42,592 nt of DNA. It comes from Solirubrobacteraceae bacterium. Its GTDB lineage: Bacteria > Actinomycetota > Thermoleophilia > Solirubrobacterales > Solirubrobacteraceae. Below, piece by piece: positions 24,501-34,088 of the stretch. Positions within the stretch are counted from its first letter, which is position 1. Each line of letters begins with the position of its first letter. Position numbers and translations under genes: made by a program. The stretch covers positions 1 through 42,592 of the forward strand of contig DASWQM010000196.1 in the NCBI GenBank assembly GCA_036403675.1, in the 5' to 3' direction. Under the pieces are notes generated by a model that saw nothing but the letters and a program-made list of their open reading frames with translations, was not told the origin of the DNA and searched no databases.

Positions 24501-25264
24501 GCGGCGAGGGCGACCGCGGCGTCCACGATCTGCGCGAACGAGTCTGGGTCGAGCGACGCTCCGCCGACGAGGGCGCCGTCGACGTCGGGCAGCGCGAGCA
24601 GCTCCGGGGCGGTGTCGGGGCTCACCGAGCCGCCGTAGAGCACGCGCGCGACCGGCGCCGCCTCCGCCGCCCTGTCGCCGATCAGCGCGCGGACGAAGGC
24701 GATCGCGTCCTGCGCCTGCTCGGGCGTGGCGACGACGCCCGTGCCGATCGCCCAGATCGGCTCGTAGGCCACGGTCACCTCGGCGATCTGCTCGGCCGAC
24801 AGGCGTTCGAGCCCCTCCTGGACCTGATGGCGCAGCTTGCGCTCGGTGTCGCCGCGCTCGCGCTCGTCCTCGGTCTCGCCCACGCAGAGGATCGGCTTCA
24901 GGCCGGCGTTGAGCGCCGCGAGCACCTTGTGCGACAGCGCGCGGTCGGTCTCGTTGTAGTACTGGCGCCGCTCGGAGTGCCCGAGCACGACGCCGTGGAC
25001 GTCGATCTCGGTGAGCATCGGCGCCGAGATCTCGCCGGTGTACGGTCCCTCCGGCGCTTCGTGCATGTTCTGCGCGAAGACCTCGACGCGCGAGCCGCGC
25101 GTCGAGTCGACCATCGCCTGCAGGTCCGTGTACGGCACGCAGATCGCCACGTCGACGCCGTCGACCGCGGAGACGCGCGGCAGGAAGGCCTGGATGTACT
25201 CCTCGGCCTCGGCCACCGTCTTGTGCATCTTCCAGTTGCCGGCGATGAACGGCGTGCGGCTCAT
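24497..25264 (-). CDS. tpiA: Triosephosphate isomerase
   Basis: 255 aa, with IAGNWKMHKT, GHSERR, AYEPIWAIGTG and YGGSV. Confidence 0.95.
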
Positions 25265-25278
25265 GCGTGCCCCGCAGC

Positions 25279-26427
25279 CTATTCCGACAGGGCGTCGAGC
25301 CCGGGCAGCGGCGCGCCCTCGATGAGCCGCAGCGAGGCGCCGCCGCCGGTTGACAGGTGGGTCACGCTGTGGGCCAGCCCGAACTCGGCCATCGCGGCGC
25401 CCGAGTCGCCGCCGCCGACGACGGTCGTCGCATCGGTCTGCGCCATCGCCTGCGCGATCGCCAGCGAGCCCGCCGCGAACGGCTTGTGCTCGTAGGCGCC
25501 GATCGGCCCGTTCCAGAAGATCGTCTCGGCCTTGCGGATCTCGGCGACGTACTCCGTCCTCGTCCTCGAGCCGATGTCGAGCTGCATCCAGCCGTCCGGC
25601 ACGTCGACGCCCTGGATGATCTGCACCTCGGCCTGACCGCTGAATTCGTTGGCGATGACGAGGTCCGACGGCAGGCGCAGCTTGCCGTCGGGGTAGCCGT
25701 CCTTCGCGAGCGCCTCGCGGGCGGGCTCGAGGCCGTCCTGCTCGCAGAGCGAGTCGCCGATCGAGTGCCCCAGCACCGAGAGGAACGGCGTCGCCATCGC
25801 CCCGCCCAGCAGGACGACGTCGGCGATCTCGAGGAACTTGTCGATGACGCCGATCTTCTCCGTCACCTTGGCCCCGCCGATGATCGCCAGCAGCGGCCGA
25901 TCGGCGTGGTGCATGATGAGCCGGATCGTGTCGACCTCGCGCTGGAAGAGCAGCCCGGCGGCGGCGTGATCGACGTGCTTGACGATGCCCTCCGTCGAGG
26001 CGTGCGCGCGGTGCGACGTGCCGAAGGCGTCGTTGACGTAGAAGTCGGCCAGTCCCGCCAGGCGCTTTGCGAGCTCGTCGTCGTTCTTCGTCTCGCCGGG
26101 CTCGAAGCGGATGTTCTCGAGCATGACGACGTCGTCGTCGGGCACGTCGTCGAGGCTCTCGGCGAGCGTCACGTCGGTGTGGAGCAGATGCGACGCGCGC
26201 TCGGCGACCGGCTTGAGCGAGAACTCGGCTTCGCGGTCCTTCGGCCGCCCGAGGTGCGAGACGAGCAGGAGCTTGGCGCCGCGGTCGCGCAACTCATCGA
26301 GCGTCGGGATCGCGCGCCGCATGCGCGCGTCGTCTCTCACCTTGCCGTCGGAGACGGGGACGTTGAAGTCGACGCGGACGAGGACGCGCTTGCCGTCCAC
26401 GTCGCCGAGGTTGTCCAGCGTTCGCAC
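25279..26427 (-). CDS. pgk: Phosphoglycerate kinase
   Basis: The GTG at 26427 is preceded by AGAGGAA. 382 aa, with VRVDFNVPV, SHLGRPK, FWNGPIG and VVGGGDS. The 574-aa track ORF is over-extended. Confidence 0.9.
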   Translation of the reverse strand: MRTLDNLGDVDGKRVLVRVDFNVPVSDGKVRDDARMRRAIPTLDELRDRGAKLLLVSHLGRPKDREAEFSLKPVAERASHLLHTDVTLAESLDDVPDDDVVMLENIRFEPGETKNDDELAKRLAGLADFYVNDAFGTSHRAHASTEGIVKHVDHAAAGLLFQREVDTIRLIMHHADRPLLAIIGGAKVTEKIGVIDKFLEIADVVLLGGAMATPFLSVLGHSIGDSLCEQDGLEPAREALAKDGYPDGKLRLPSDLVIANEFSGQAEVQIIQGVDVPDGWMQLDIGSRTRTEYVAEIRKAETIFWNGPIGAYEHKPFAAGSLAIAQAMAQTDATTVVGGGDSGAAMAEFGLAHSVTHLSTGGGASLRLIEGAPLPGLDALSE

Positions 26428-26459
26428 TAGTCGTTCCTCTGGCCTGGCGGGCGGACCAC

Positions 26460-27635
<1,176 letters not shown>

Positions 27636-27637
27636 TC

Positions 27638-28768
27638 ATGCCTCCCGAGCATCTCGTCTCCGTCCGGCCCCGCACCGTCTGGATGGTGGTGGGGATCGTC
27701 CTCGCGACGATCGTGTTCGTCTGGGTCGTGCTCAAGTCCCAGCAGGTGCTCGTGTGGGCGTTCACGTCGCTTCTGCTCGCGCTCGCGCTGAACCCGGCGG
27801 TGGAGAAGTTCCAGCGTCTCGGGGTGCGCCGGCGCGGCGCTGCCGCCGGGCTCGTCTACCTCGTCGTCACGGCGATCATCGCCGGCATCGCCGCGCTCGT
27901 CATCCCGACGCTCGTCGACCAGGTCAGCGCCTTCATCGACGCCGTGCCCGGCTACGTGCAGCAGCTCACGGCAGGTCGCGGGCCGCTCGGCTTCCTCGAG
28001 CGCGACTACCACGTCGTGGAGCGGGTGCGCGACGCGGTCTCCAAGAGCGGCGGCGGCGCCGCCTCGCTCGCCGGGGGCGCGAGCACCGCGCTCGACGTCA
28101 CCCGCAGCGTCGTGACGTTCGTCGCCGCCATCGTGACGATCACGTTCCTGACGCTCTTCATGCTGCTCGAGGGGCCGGCCTGGGTCCAGCGCGCGATCGC
28201 CATGCTGCCCCCGCGCCTGCAGCCCACGTGGCGCGAGATCGCCGACGACATCTACCACCTCGTCGGCCGCTACGTGAACGGCAACCTCCTCATCAGCCTC
28301 ATCGCCGGCACGGCGACGACGATCGTGCTGCTCGCGCTCGGGGTGCCGTTCGCGCTCGCGCTCGGACTGATCGTCGCGATCCTCGACCTCATCCCGCTCG
28401 CGGGCGCGACGCTCGGTGCGATCGTCGTCACGCTCGTCGCCCTGTCGCACTCGCTCACGGCAGCGATCATCGTGCTCGTGTTCTACATCGTCTACCAGCA
28501 GATCGAGAACCACCTGCTGCAGCCGCTCATCTACGGGCGCACGGTCCGGCTCTCGCCGCTGGCGATCCTGCTCTCGGTGCTGATCGGCTCACAGGTCGCG
28601 GGGGTCATCGGGGCGCTCGCCGCGATTCCGGTCGGCGGGACGATCCAGATCCTGCTCGATCACTGGCAGAAGAGCCGGCGTCCGCCGGACGAGCCGATCC
28701 CGCCGCCGGAGCCCGCCGGGAAGCTCAAGGACCGCTCGCGGGAAGAGCCCGCGGTCGCACAGTCCTGA
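27638..28768 (+). CDS. AI-2E (PerM/UPF0118) family membrane transporter
   Basis: ATG at 27638, 376 aa. The multi-TM layout and the C-terminal ...IENHLLQPLIYGRTVRLSPLAILLSVL... are typical of the family. Confidence 0.8.
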   Translation: MPPEHLVSVRPRTVWMVVGIVLATIVFVWVVLKSQQVLVWAFTSLLLALALNPAVEKFQRLGVRRRGAAAGLVYLVVTAIIAGIAALVIPTLVDQVSAFIDAVPGYVQQLTAGRGPLGFLERDYHVVERVRDAVSKSGGGAASLAGGASTALDVTRSVVTFVAAIVTITFLTLFMLLEGPAWVQRAIAMLPPRLQPTWREIADDIYHLVGRYVNGNLLISLIAGTATTIVLLALGVPFALALGLIVAILDLIPLAGATLGAIVVTLVALSHSLTAAIIVLVFYIVYQQIENHLLQPLIYGRTVRLSPLAILLSVLIGSQVAGVIGALAAIPVGGTIQILLDHWQKSRRPPDEPIPPPEPAGKLKDRSREEPAVAQS

Positions 28769-28783
28769 CGTTAGTGTGCGCGC

Positions 28784-29167
28784 ATGTCAGCCGCCATCCG
28801 CAGCGTGGGCGCGACCGCCTCGCTGAACCACGACGGTCCCGAGGACCCCGACTTCGCCGTCGTCGACCTCCGCCTCTTCGCGACGACCGACGACGGCGAG
28901 CGCGTCGCCGATCCGCAGCCCGCGTCGACGAGCGTGCGCATCGAGCGCACGAAGCTCGCCGCGCTCGAGCTCTCCGTCCAGATGTCGCTGCGCCTGCGCC
29001 AGGCGCCGACGGGCGCGCGCCTCGAGGCCTGGCAGCGGATCGCCGCGGAACTCGGCGCGAACGGGATCGACGCTGAGCCCGAAGCGCTGCACCGGATGCC
29101 CTTCGAGTTCGTGCCCGACGACGAGCTGCGCGCTGCCCAGCAGGTGGTGTGGCCGATCGGGCATTAG
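28784..29167 (+). CDS. Hypothetical protein
   Basis: 127 aa with very high third-position GC. I recognise no family. Confidence 0.5.
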   Translation: MSAAIRSVGATASLNHDGPEDPDFAVVDLRLFATTDDGERVADPQPASTSVRIERTKLAALELSVQMSLRLRQAPTGARLEAWQRIAAELGANGIDAEPEALHRMPFEFVPDDELRAAQQVVWPIGH

Positions 29168-29316
29168 CGCGGGCGGGGGTCGCGCTGGATCCGGTCGCGC
29201 GACGGGCTGCCGGCGCTGGAGCTCGCCAATCGGGCGCACGCGACATGCCTGGCGGCGCCGCGCCACCGGGTGTCCGACCCGCCTCCCCTCTCTGAACGCC
29301 GCCTCACGCACAGGTA

Positions 29317-29336
29317 GGGCGGCACCTGTGCCGCCC
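29317..29336. terminator. Strong hairpin GGGCGGCA-CCTG-TGCCGCCC
   Basis: A perfect 8-bp GC-rich stem with a 4-nt loop. It lies 16 nt beyond the stop of the minus-strand small ORF and 150 nt after the plus-strand gene. There is no U-tract. Confidence 0.45.
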
Positions 29337-29351
29337 CACCGTGACCGCTGA

Positions 29352-29675
29352 TTATCGACGTCGGCGCGGCGGGCCACGCGCGTACGGAGTCCGCATCGGC
29401 ATCCGCGGCCGGAGATTCACGCCGGACGCCCTGCTCCACGTCCTGCTGTCGCGCAGGCGACTCAGGAGCCCCGCGCGGATCGCGCGCCTGGTCGCACGGC
29501 GCCGCTGCCTCCGCACGCCAGCGGCTTCGGGAAGGACCGCAAGGTGCACCCCCGGAGGACGCAGCGGAGCGCTGCGCGCGGGCGTCATCAGCGGCGCGGC
29601 AAGCGACGGCACGCCCACGAGCGCGACAAAGACGAAGGCGAAGGCGATGAACGTGTTCTTCTGGCTGAGTGTCAT
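29352..29675 (-). CDS. Possible small membrane/secreted protein downstream of htrA-like gene
   Basis: The ATG at 29675 gives MTLSQKNTFIAFAFVFVALVGVPSLAAP, followed by an Arg-rich tail. The coding signal is weaker in the second half. Confidence 0.3.
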   Translation of the reverse strand: MTLSQKNTFIAFAFVFVALVGVPSLAAPLMTPARSAPLRPPGVHLAVLPEAAGVRRQRRRATRRAIRAGLLSRLRDSRTWSRASGVNLRPRMPMRTPYARGPPRRRR

Positions 29676-29686
29676 GACGTGCCCTT

Positions 29687-30835
29687 TCACTGAGCAGCGC
29701 TCTGCGACGTCGGCTGGGTGCCGAGCGTGACGGCCAGCGTCCGCGACGCGGAGCCCCGGCGGATCGTGAGCTCGGCCTCGTCGCCTGCGGAGCGGCCGGC
29801 GATCGCGGCGACGAGACCGCTGCTGCCCGTGATCTTCTTGCCGTCGAAGGCGGTTACGACGTCGCCCGCCTTCACGCCGCCGGAGGCCGCCGGGCTGCCG
29901 CCGGTGACGGAGGCGACAAGCGCGCCGGTCGAACTCGTCGACTCGGTCGTGCTCACGCCGAGATACGCGTGGCTGACGGTTTGTCCGGCCTCCAGCTTGT
30001 GGAGCTCAGCCGCGACCACGTCGATTGGCACCGCGAAGCCGACGCCGGAGCTCTGCTGCGACGAGCCGTTGGTCGCGATCTGGTCGGCGACGCCGACGAC
30101 GCGGGCACCGGAGTCGAGGATCGGGCCGCCGGAGTTGCCGGGATTCAGCGCGGCATCAGTCTGGATCGCGTGCGCCACCGTGAAGCCGTTGGGCGCGGCG
30201 ATCGTGCGGTCCAAGCCGGAGACCACGCCGGTGCTGAGGCTCTCCGCGTAGCCGAACGGACTGCCGATTGCGGCGACCGCGTCGCCGACGTGCAGCGCGG
30301 CGGAGCTGGCAAGGGTCAGGGGGTGCAGCGTCAGGCCGGAGGGGTCGACCTTCAGGACCGCCACGTCGGTGGCGTCGTCCCGGCCGGCCAGCGTGGCCGT
30401 ACGAGTGGTGCCGTCCGAGAAGGTGACCTTGATCGAGTTCGCACCGGCGACGACGTGCGCGGCCGTGACGATCTGGCCCTTGCCGTCGACCACGAAGCCC
30501 GAGCCGGTCGCGGTGGACTGCGCGGAGCCTCCGCCGAATGGACCGGCCGGTGAAGAGCCGGCGCCCGTCGCGGTGATCTGGACCACGCCGGCGGAGGCGC
30601 TCGCGTAGACGGCATGCGAATCGAGGCTCGTAGATGAACCACTCGACGCGCCGGTCGGCAAGGACGGCGGCACCGTCGTGGCGGTCGTCGCCGTCGTCGA
30701 GCCACTGTCACCGAGCACGCCGGCCACTGCCAGCGCGCCGGCACTCGCGAAACCGCCGAGGAGCGCCGCGGCTGCCACCAGCAGGGCCAGCGAGCGGCGG
30801 CCGGGCCAGCGCGGAGGCTGGTGCGTGGTCGACAT
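29687..30835 (-). CDS. HtrA/DegP-type trypsin-like serine protease with PDZ domain
   Basis: 382 aa with an N-terminal membrane anchor. The catalytic triad context is TAAHVV, DVAVLKV and GNSGGP. The C-terminal PDZ-like region contains GDVVTAFDGKKI. Confidence 0.9.
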   Translation of the reverse strand: MSTTHQPPRWPGRRSLALLVAAAALLGGFASAGALAVAGVLGDSGSTTATTATTVPPSLPTGASSGSSTSLDSHAVYASASAGVVQITATGAGSSPAGPFGGGSAQSTATGSGFVVDGKGQIVTAAHVVAGANSIKVTFSDGTTRTATLAGRDDATDVAVLKVDPSGLTLHPLTLASSAALHVGDAVAAIGSPFGYAESLSTGVVSGLDRTIAAPNGFTVAHAIQTDAALNPGNSGGPILDSGARVVGVADQIATNGSSQQSSGVGFAVPIDVVAAELHKLEAGQTVSHAYLGVSTTESTSSTGALVASVTGGSPAASGGVKAGDVVTAFDGKKITGSSGLVAAIAGRSAGDEAELTIRRGSASRTLAVTLGTQPTSQSAAQ

Positions 30836-30948
30836 CGTGACCTCCTTGAGGTCGCGTGGAGGGATGCGAGGACGACGCCATCGTCGCGCCCGCTGCGTAG
30901 AGCGCCCTGGGAGAACACTGGGACGTTGCTGAGCGTCGCCGCTGGACG

Positions 30949-30990
30949 GGTGCGCGCCGCTACGGGCTGTCGCCGGTGCGCGCCGCTACG
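30949..30990. repeat. Perfect 16-nt direct repeat GGTGCGCGCCGCTACG x2 (30949-30964 and 30975-30990)
   Basis: Read directly from the sequence. The second copy contains the stop codon of the ROK gene (30986-30988). Confidence 0.9.
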
Positions 30991-31975
30991 CCGCCGTCGC
31001 GGCCACCGGCGTGAGCAGGCTCGCCCCGATCGCGCCCCCGAGGTCGCCGAGCTCGGCGACGACGACCGGCGGCGGGCGGTGGTCGTGGAAGAGGTGCGGC
31101 AGCATCGCGGCCGCGATCTTGTCAGCGTACGGCTGTCCGAGCCGCACGCCGAGGCCGCCGCCGAGGATGATGACCTCGACGTCGAGGACGTTGTCCACGG
31201 ACGCCACGCCGGCGCCGAGCGCCTCGACCGCGCGCCCGATGAGCTTCGTGGCCAGGACGTCCTTGCGCTCGAGCGCCGCCGCCCAGATGCCGCTCGTGAG
31301 GCGCTCGCGCCCGCGCTTTTGGGCGATCTTGAAGAGCTCCGTCGCCTCGCCCCTGGCGTGCAGCTCGCGGGCGCGGCGCTCCATCGCGCTGCGCCCCGCG
31401 TAGGCCTCCATGCAGCCGCGGCGCCCGCACGGGCACTGCGCGCCGTCGATCTTCACGACGACATGGCCGATCTCGCCCGCGCCGCCCTGGCCGAGCCACG
31501 GCCTGCCGTCGAGCACGATGCCGCCGCCGACGCCGGTCCCCCAGAAGACGCCGAGCATCGAGCGGTACGAGCGCCCGGCACCGAGCTGGGCCTCGGCGTC
31601 GGTCGCGACCTGGACGTCGTTGCCCAGCACGACCCCCGTGCCGAGTGCTTCGGCGAGCTCCCGCCCGAGCGGGTAGGAGCCCTCCCAGCTCGGCAGGTTG
31701 CGCGCGCTCGTGACCGTCCCGGTCGCCGCGTGGACCTCCCCCGGCGAGCCGACGCCGACATGGGTGAGCTCCCCCGTCGCGACGCCCGCGGCCGCGGCCG
31801 CCTCGCGCAGCGCGACGAGCATCGCGGCTGCCACGTCGCCGGGGCCGCCGGTCGTCGGGGTCGGCGCGCGCGCCTCGCCGGCGACGACGTTGCGGTCGTC
31901 GAGGACGACCGTCTGGATCTTCGTGCCGCCGAGGTCGATGCCTCCGCGCAGGCCACCTGTGAGGTGCTCAGTCAC
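30986..31975 (-). CDS. ROK-family sugar kinase (glucokinase-like)
   Basis: 329 aa, GTG start. It has the DLGGTK ATP-binding motif and the ROK zinc motif CPCGRRGCMEAY. Confidence 0.85.
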   Translation of the reverse strand: MTEHLTGGLRGGIDLGGTKIQTVVLDDRNVVAGEARAPTPTTGGPGDVAAAMLVALREAAAAAGVATGELTHVGVGSPGEVHAATGTVTSARNLPSWEGSYPLGRELAEALGTGVVLGNDVQVATDAEAQLGAGRSYRSMLGVFWGTGVGGGIVLDGRPWLGQGGAGEIGHVVVKIDGAQCPCGRRGCMEAYAGRSAMERRARELHARGEATELFKIAQKRGRERLTSGIWAAALERKDVLATKLIGRAVEALGAGVASVDNVLDVEVIILGGGLGVRLGQPYADKIAAAMLPHLFHDHRPPPVVVAELGDLGGAIGASLLTPVAATAA

Positions 31976-32147
31976 CGTCCATGCCCGTGTCGCGCGTCAT
32001 GTCGCCTCCCGAGGGTACCCGTCGGTCGCCGCCGCTCCGCGCCACGATCCATTCGCCCCGCGCGGCGCCCGGCGCCGCCGCCGTGTTCCCGCGCTCACGG
32101 CAGCGGGTATCGGATGGAGGCCGAAAGGAGCCGATCCGAGGGGTCCG

Positions 32148-32687
32148 ATGCCGATCGCAGGACCGCAGGGCGCGGGCCACACGCCCGCCGAACCACCACT
32201 GGCGGCGCCCGACGCTCGCAGTCTCGAGCTCGGGCTGCTGCTCGCCGGTGCCGGCGCCGTCCTGCTCTTCATCAGCCTCTTCCTCGACTGGTACGCCCCG
32301 GGGCTGGATGCGTGGACCTCGTTCGAGGTCTGGGACCTCGTCCTCGCCACGGTCGCCATCGTCGCGCTCGTGGCCGTCGCCGGGCGCCTGGGCTTCGGCC
32401 GGCCGCGGCCCAACAGCTGGCTGCTCGCGACCTCCGGGATCGCGTTCGTCGTCGTCGTGGCCGCGATCGTGAACCACCCGCCCGCGGCGGCGGGCATCGA
32501 CAACGACCCGAGGACCGGCATCTGGCTCGCGCTCGCGGGCGCGGCGCTCATGCTCGCCGGTACGGTCCTCGCGGTCGCCCGCATCTCCGTCGCCGTCAAC
32601 ATCGGCGACCCGCCGGTCACCATGACACCGCCACCGCCACCGCCCGTCGGAGGCAGGCCGCCCACCGAGCCGACGAGCAGGCTCTAG
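32148..32687 (+). CDS. Hypothetical membrane protein with Pro-rich C-terminus
   Basis: The ATG at 32148 is preceded by GAGGGG. 179 aa, with about 4 hydrophobic segments. Confidence 0.5.
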   Translation: MPIAGPQGAGHTPAEPPLAAPDARSLELGLLLAGAGAVLLFISLFLDWYAPGLDAWTSFEVWDLVLATVAIVALVAVAGRLGFGRPRPNSWLLATSGIAFVVVVAAIVNHPPAAAGIDNDPRTGIWLALAGAALMLAGTVLAVARISVAVNIGDPPVTMTPPPPPPVGGRPPTEPTSRL

Positions 32688-32696
32688 CGGCGTCGG

Positions 32697-33062
32697 CTAC
32701 CGGGCGCCGGCGGCGAGCTCGACCCGCAGCCCGTCCGGATCGCGCAGGTAGCCGGCGTAGTAACGCGTCCCGTAGCGCGGGCGCGGGCCCGGCTGCCCGT
32801 CGTCGCTCCCGCCGCTCGCCAGTCCGGCCGCGTGCGCTCCGTCGACCGCGGCGCGCCCGGCCGCCGCCAGCGCGACATGACCGTACTCGGGCGCCGGGCC
32901 GCGCCCGCGCGCGACGATCCAGAACTGCTCGTGGTCGTGGCCGTAGGCCACGGCGCCGTCGCTCTCGAACATGCGGCGCGCGCCGAGCGCATGGAAGACG
33001 GCGTCGTAGAAGCGCGCCGAGCGCGTGAGGTCGGAGACTTCGAAGGCGACGTGGACGATCAT
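32697..33062 (-). CDS. VOC/glyoxalase-family protein
   Basis: ATG at 33062 (MIVHVAFEVSDLTRSARFYDAVF), 121 aa. The C-terminal YLRDPDGLRVEL is typical of the family. Confidence 0.7.
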   Translation of the reverse strand: MIVHVAFEVSDLTRSARFYDAVFHALGARRMFESDGAVAYGHDHEQFWIVARGRGPAPEYGHVALAAAGRAAVDGAHAAGLASGGSDDGQPGPRPRYGTRYYAGYLRDPDGLRVELAAGAR

Positions 33063-33152
33063 CGCGAGCGCATGCGTCCGAGGTCCACCGAAACGATCGT
33101 CGAGCAACGGTCCGCAGTCATCGCGAGCGGAAGCGTCGCAGGTCGCCCGGCG

Positions 33153-34088
33153 TCAATCCGCCAGGCGCCCCACGTCGCGGTGCGAAACCTCGACCGCCAC
33201 GTCGTCGCGGCCGCGGTAGCGAGCGGCCAGCGCCTCGGCGATCGCGACCGAGCGGTGACGCCCGCCGGTGCAGCCGATCGCCACCGCGAGGTGCGCCTTG
33301 CCCTCGGCGATGTACTCGGGGACGAGGAAGTCCAGCAGCGGCTCGAGGTGGTCGTAGAAGGCCTGCAGCTTGCCGTCGCGCTGGATGTAGTCGACGACCT
33401 GCGGGTCGAAGCCGGTCAGGTCGCGCAGGTCGGTCTCCCAGTGCGGGTTGGCCAGGAAGCGCACGTCGAAGACGATGTCGGCGTCGCGCGGGGCGCCATG
33501 CTTGTGGCCGAACGACGAGAATGTCACGGCGAGCTTCGAGCGCGCGTGGCGCGGCAGGAAGTCCTCGGCGATCCGCCGGCGCAGCGTCGCGGCGCCGATG
33601 CCGCTCGTGTCGAGCACGAGGTCGGCGGCCGCGTGGAACGGCGCGAGCGCCGCGCGCTCGGCCGCGATGCCCTGCACGACGGAGCCGGTCGGGCTCAGCG
33701 GATGGCGCCGGCGCGTCTCCTTGTAGCGCCCGAGCAGCGTCTCCTCGTCGGCGTCGAGGAACAGCACGCGGTGCGGCACGCCGAGTGCGCGAAGGTCGTC
33801 GAGCACCTCGCTCAGCGCCTCGAAGAGCTCCCCGCCGCGGACGTCGGAGACGACCGCCGCGCGGCGCACCTTCGCGCCCCCGTGGACGACGAGGTCGACG
33901 AGCCCGCGGATCATCTCCGGCGGCAGGTTGTCGACGCAGAAGTAGCCGTCGTCCTCGAAGACGTTCATGGCGGTCGACTTCCCGGCGCCCGAGAAGCCGG
34001 TGATGATGACGAGGTCCTCGAGCGTCGAGAACGAGGACGGCTCGCCGGCGACGGTCGCGTCATCCACTCCGCCGCGCGTCGCGGTCAT
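33153..34088 (-). CDS. rapZ: RNase adapter / nucleotide-binding protein RapZ
   Basis: 311 aa, with the P-loop GFSGAGKST, FLDA and GCTGGRHRSV. The ATG overlaps the uvrC stop (ATGA). Confidence 0.9.
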   Translation of the reverse strand: MTATRGGVDDATVAGEPSSFSTLEDLVIITGFSGAGKSTAMNVFEDDGYFCVDNLPPEMIRGLVDLVVHGGAKVRRAAVVSDVRGGELFEALSEVLDDLRALGVPHRVLFLDADEETLLGRYKETRRRHPLSPTGSVVQGIAAERAALAPFHAAADLVLDTSGIGAATLRRRIAEDFLPRHARSKLAVTFSSFGHKHGAPRDADIVFDVRFLANPHWETDLRDLTGFDPQVVDYIQRDGKLQAFYDHLEPLLDFLVPEYIAEGKAHLAVAIGCTGGRHRSVAIAEALAARYRGRDDVAVEVSHRDVGRLAD

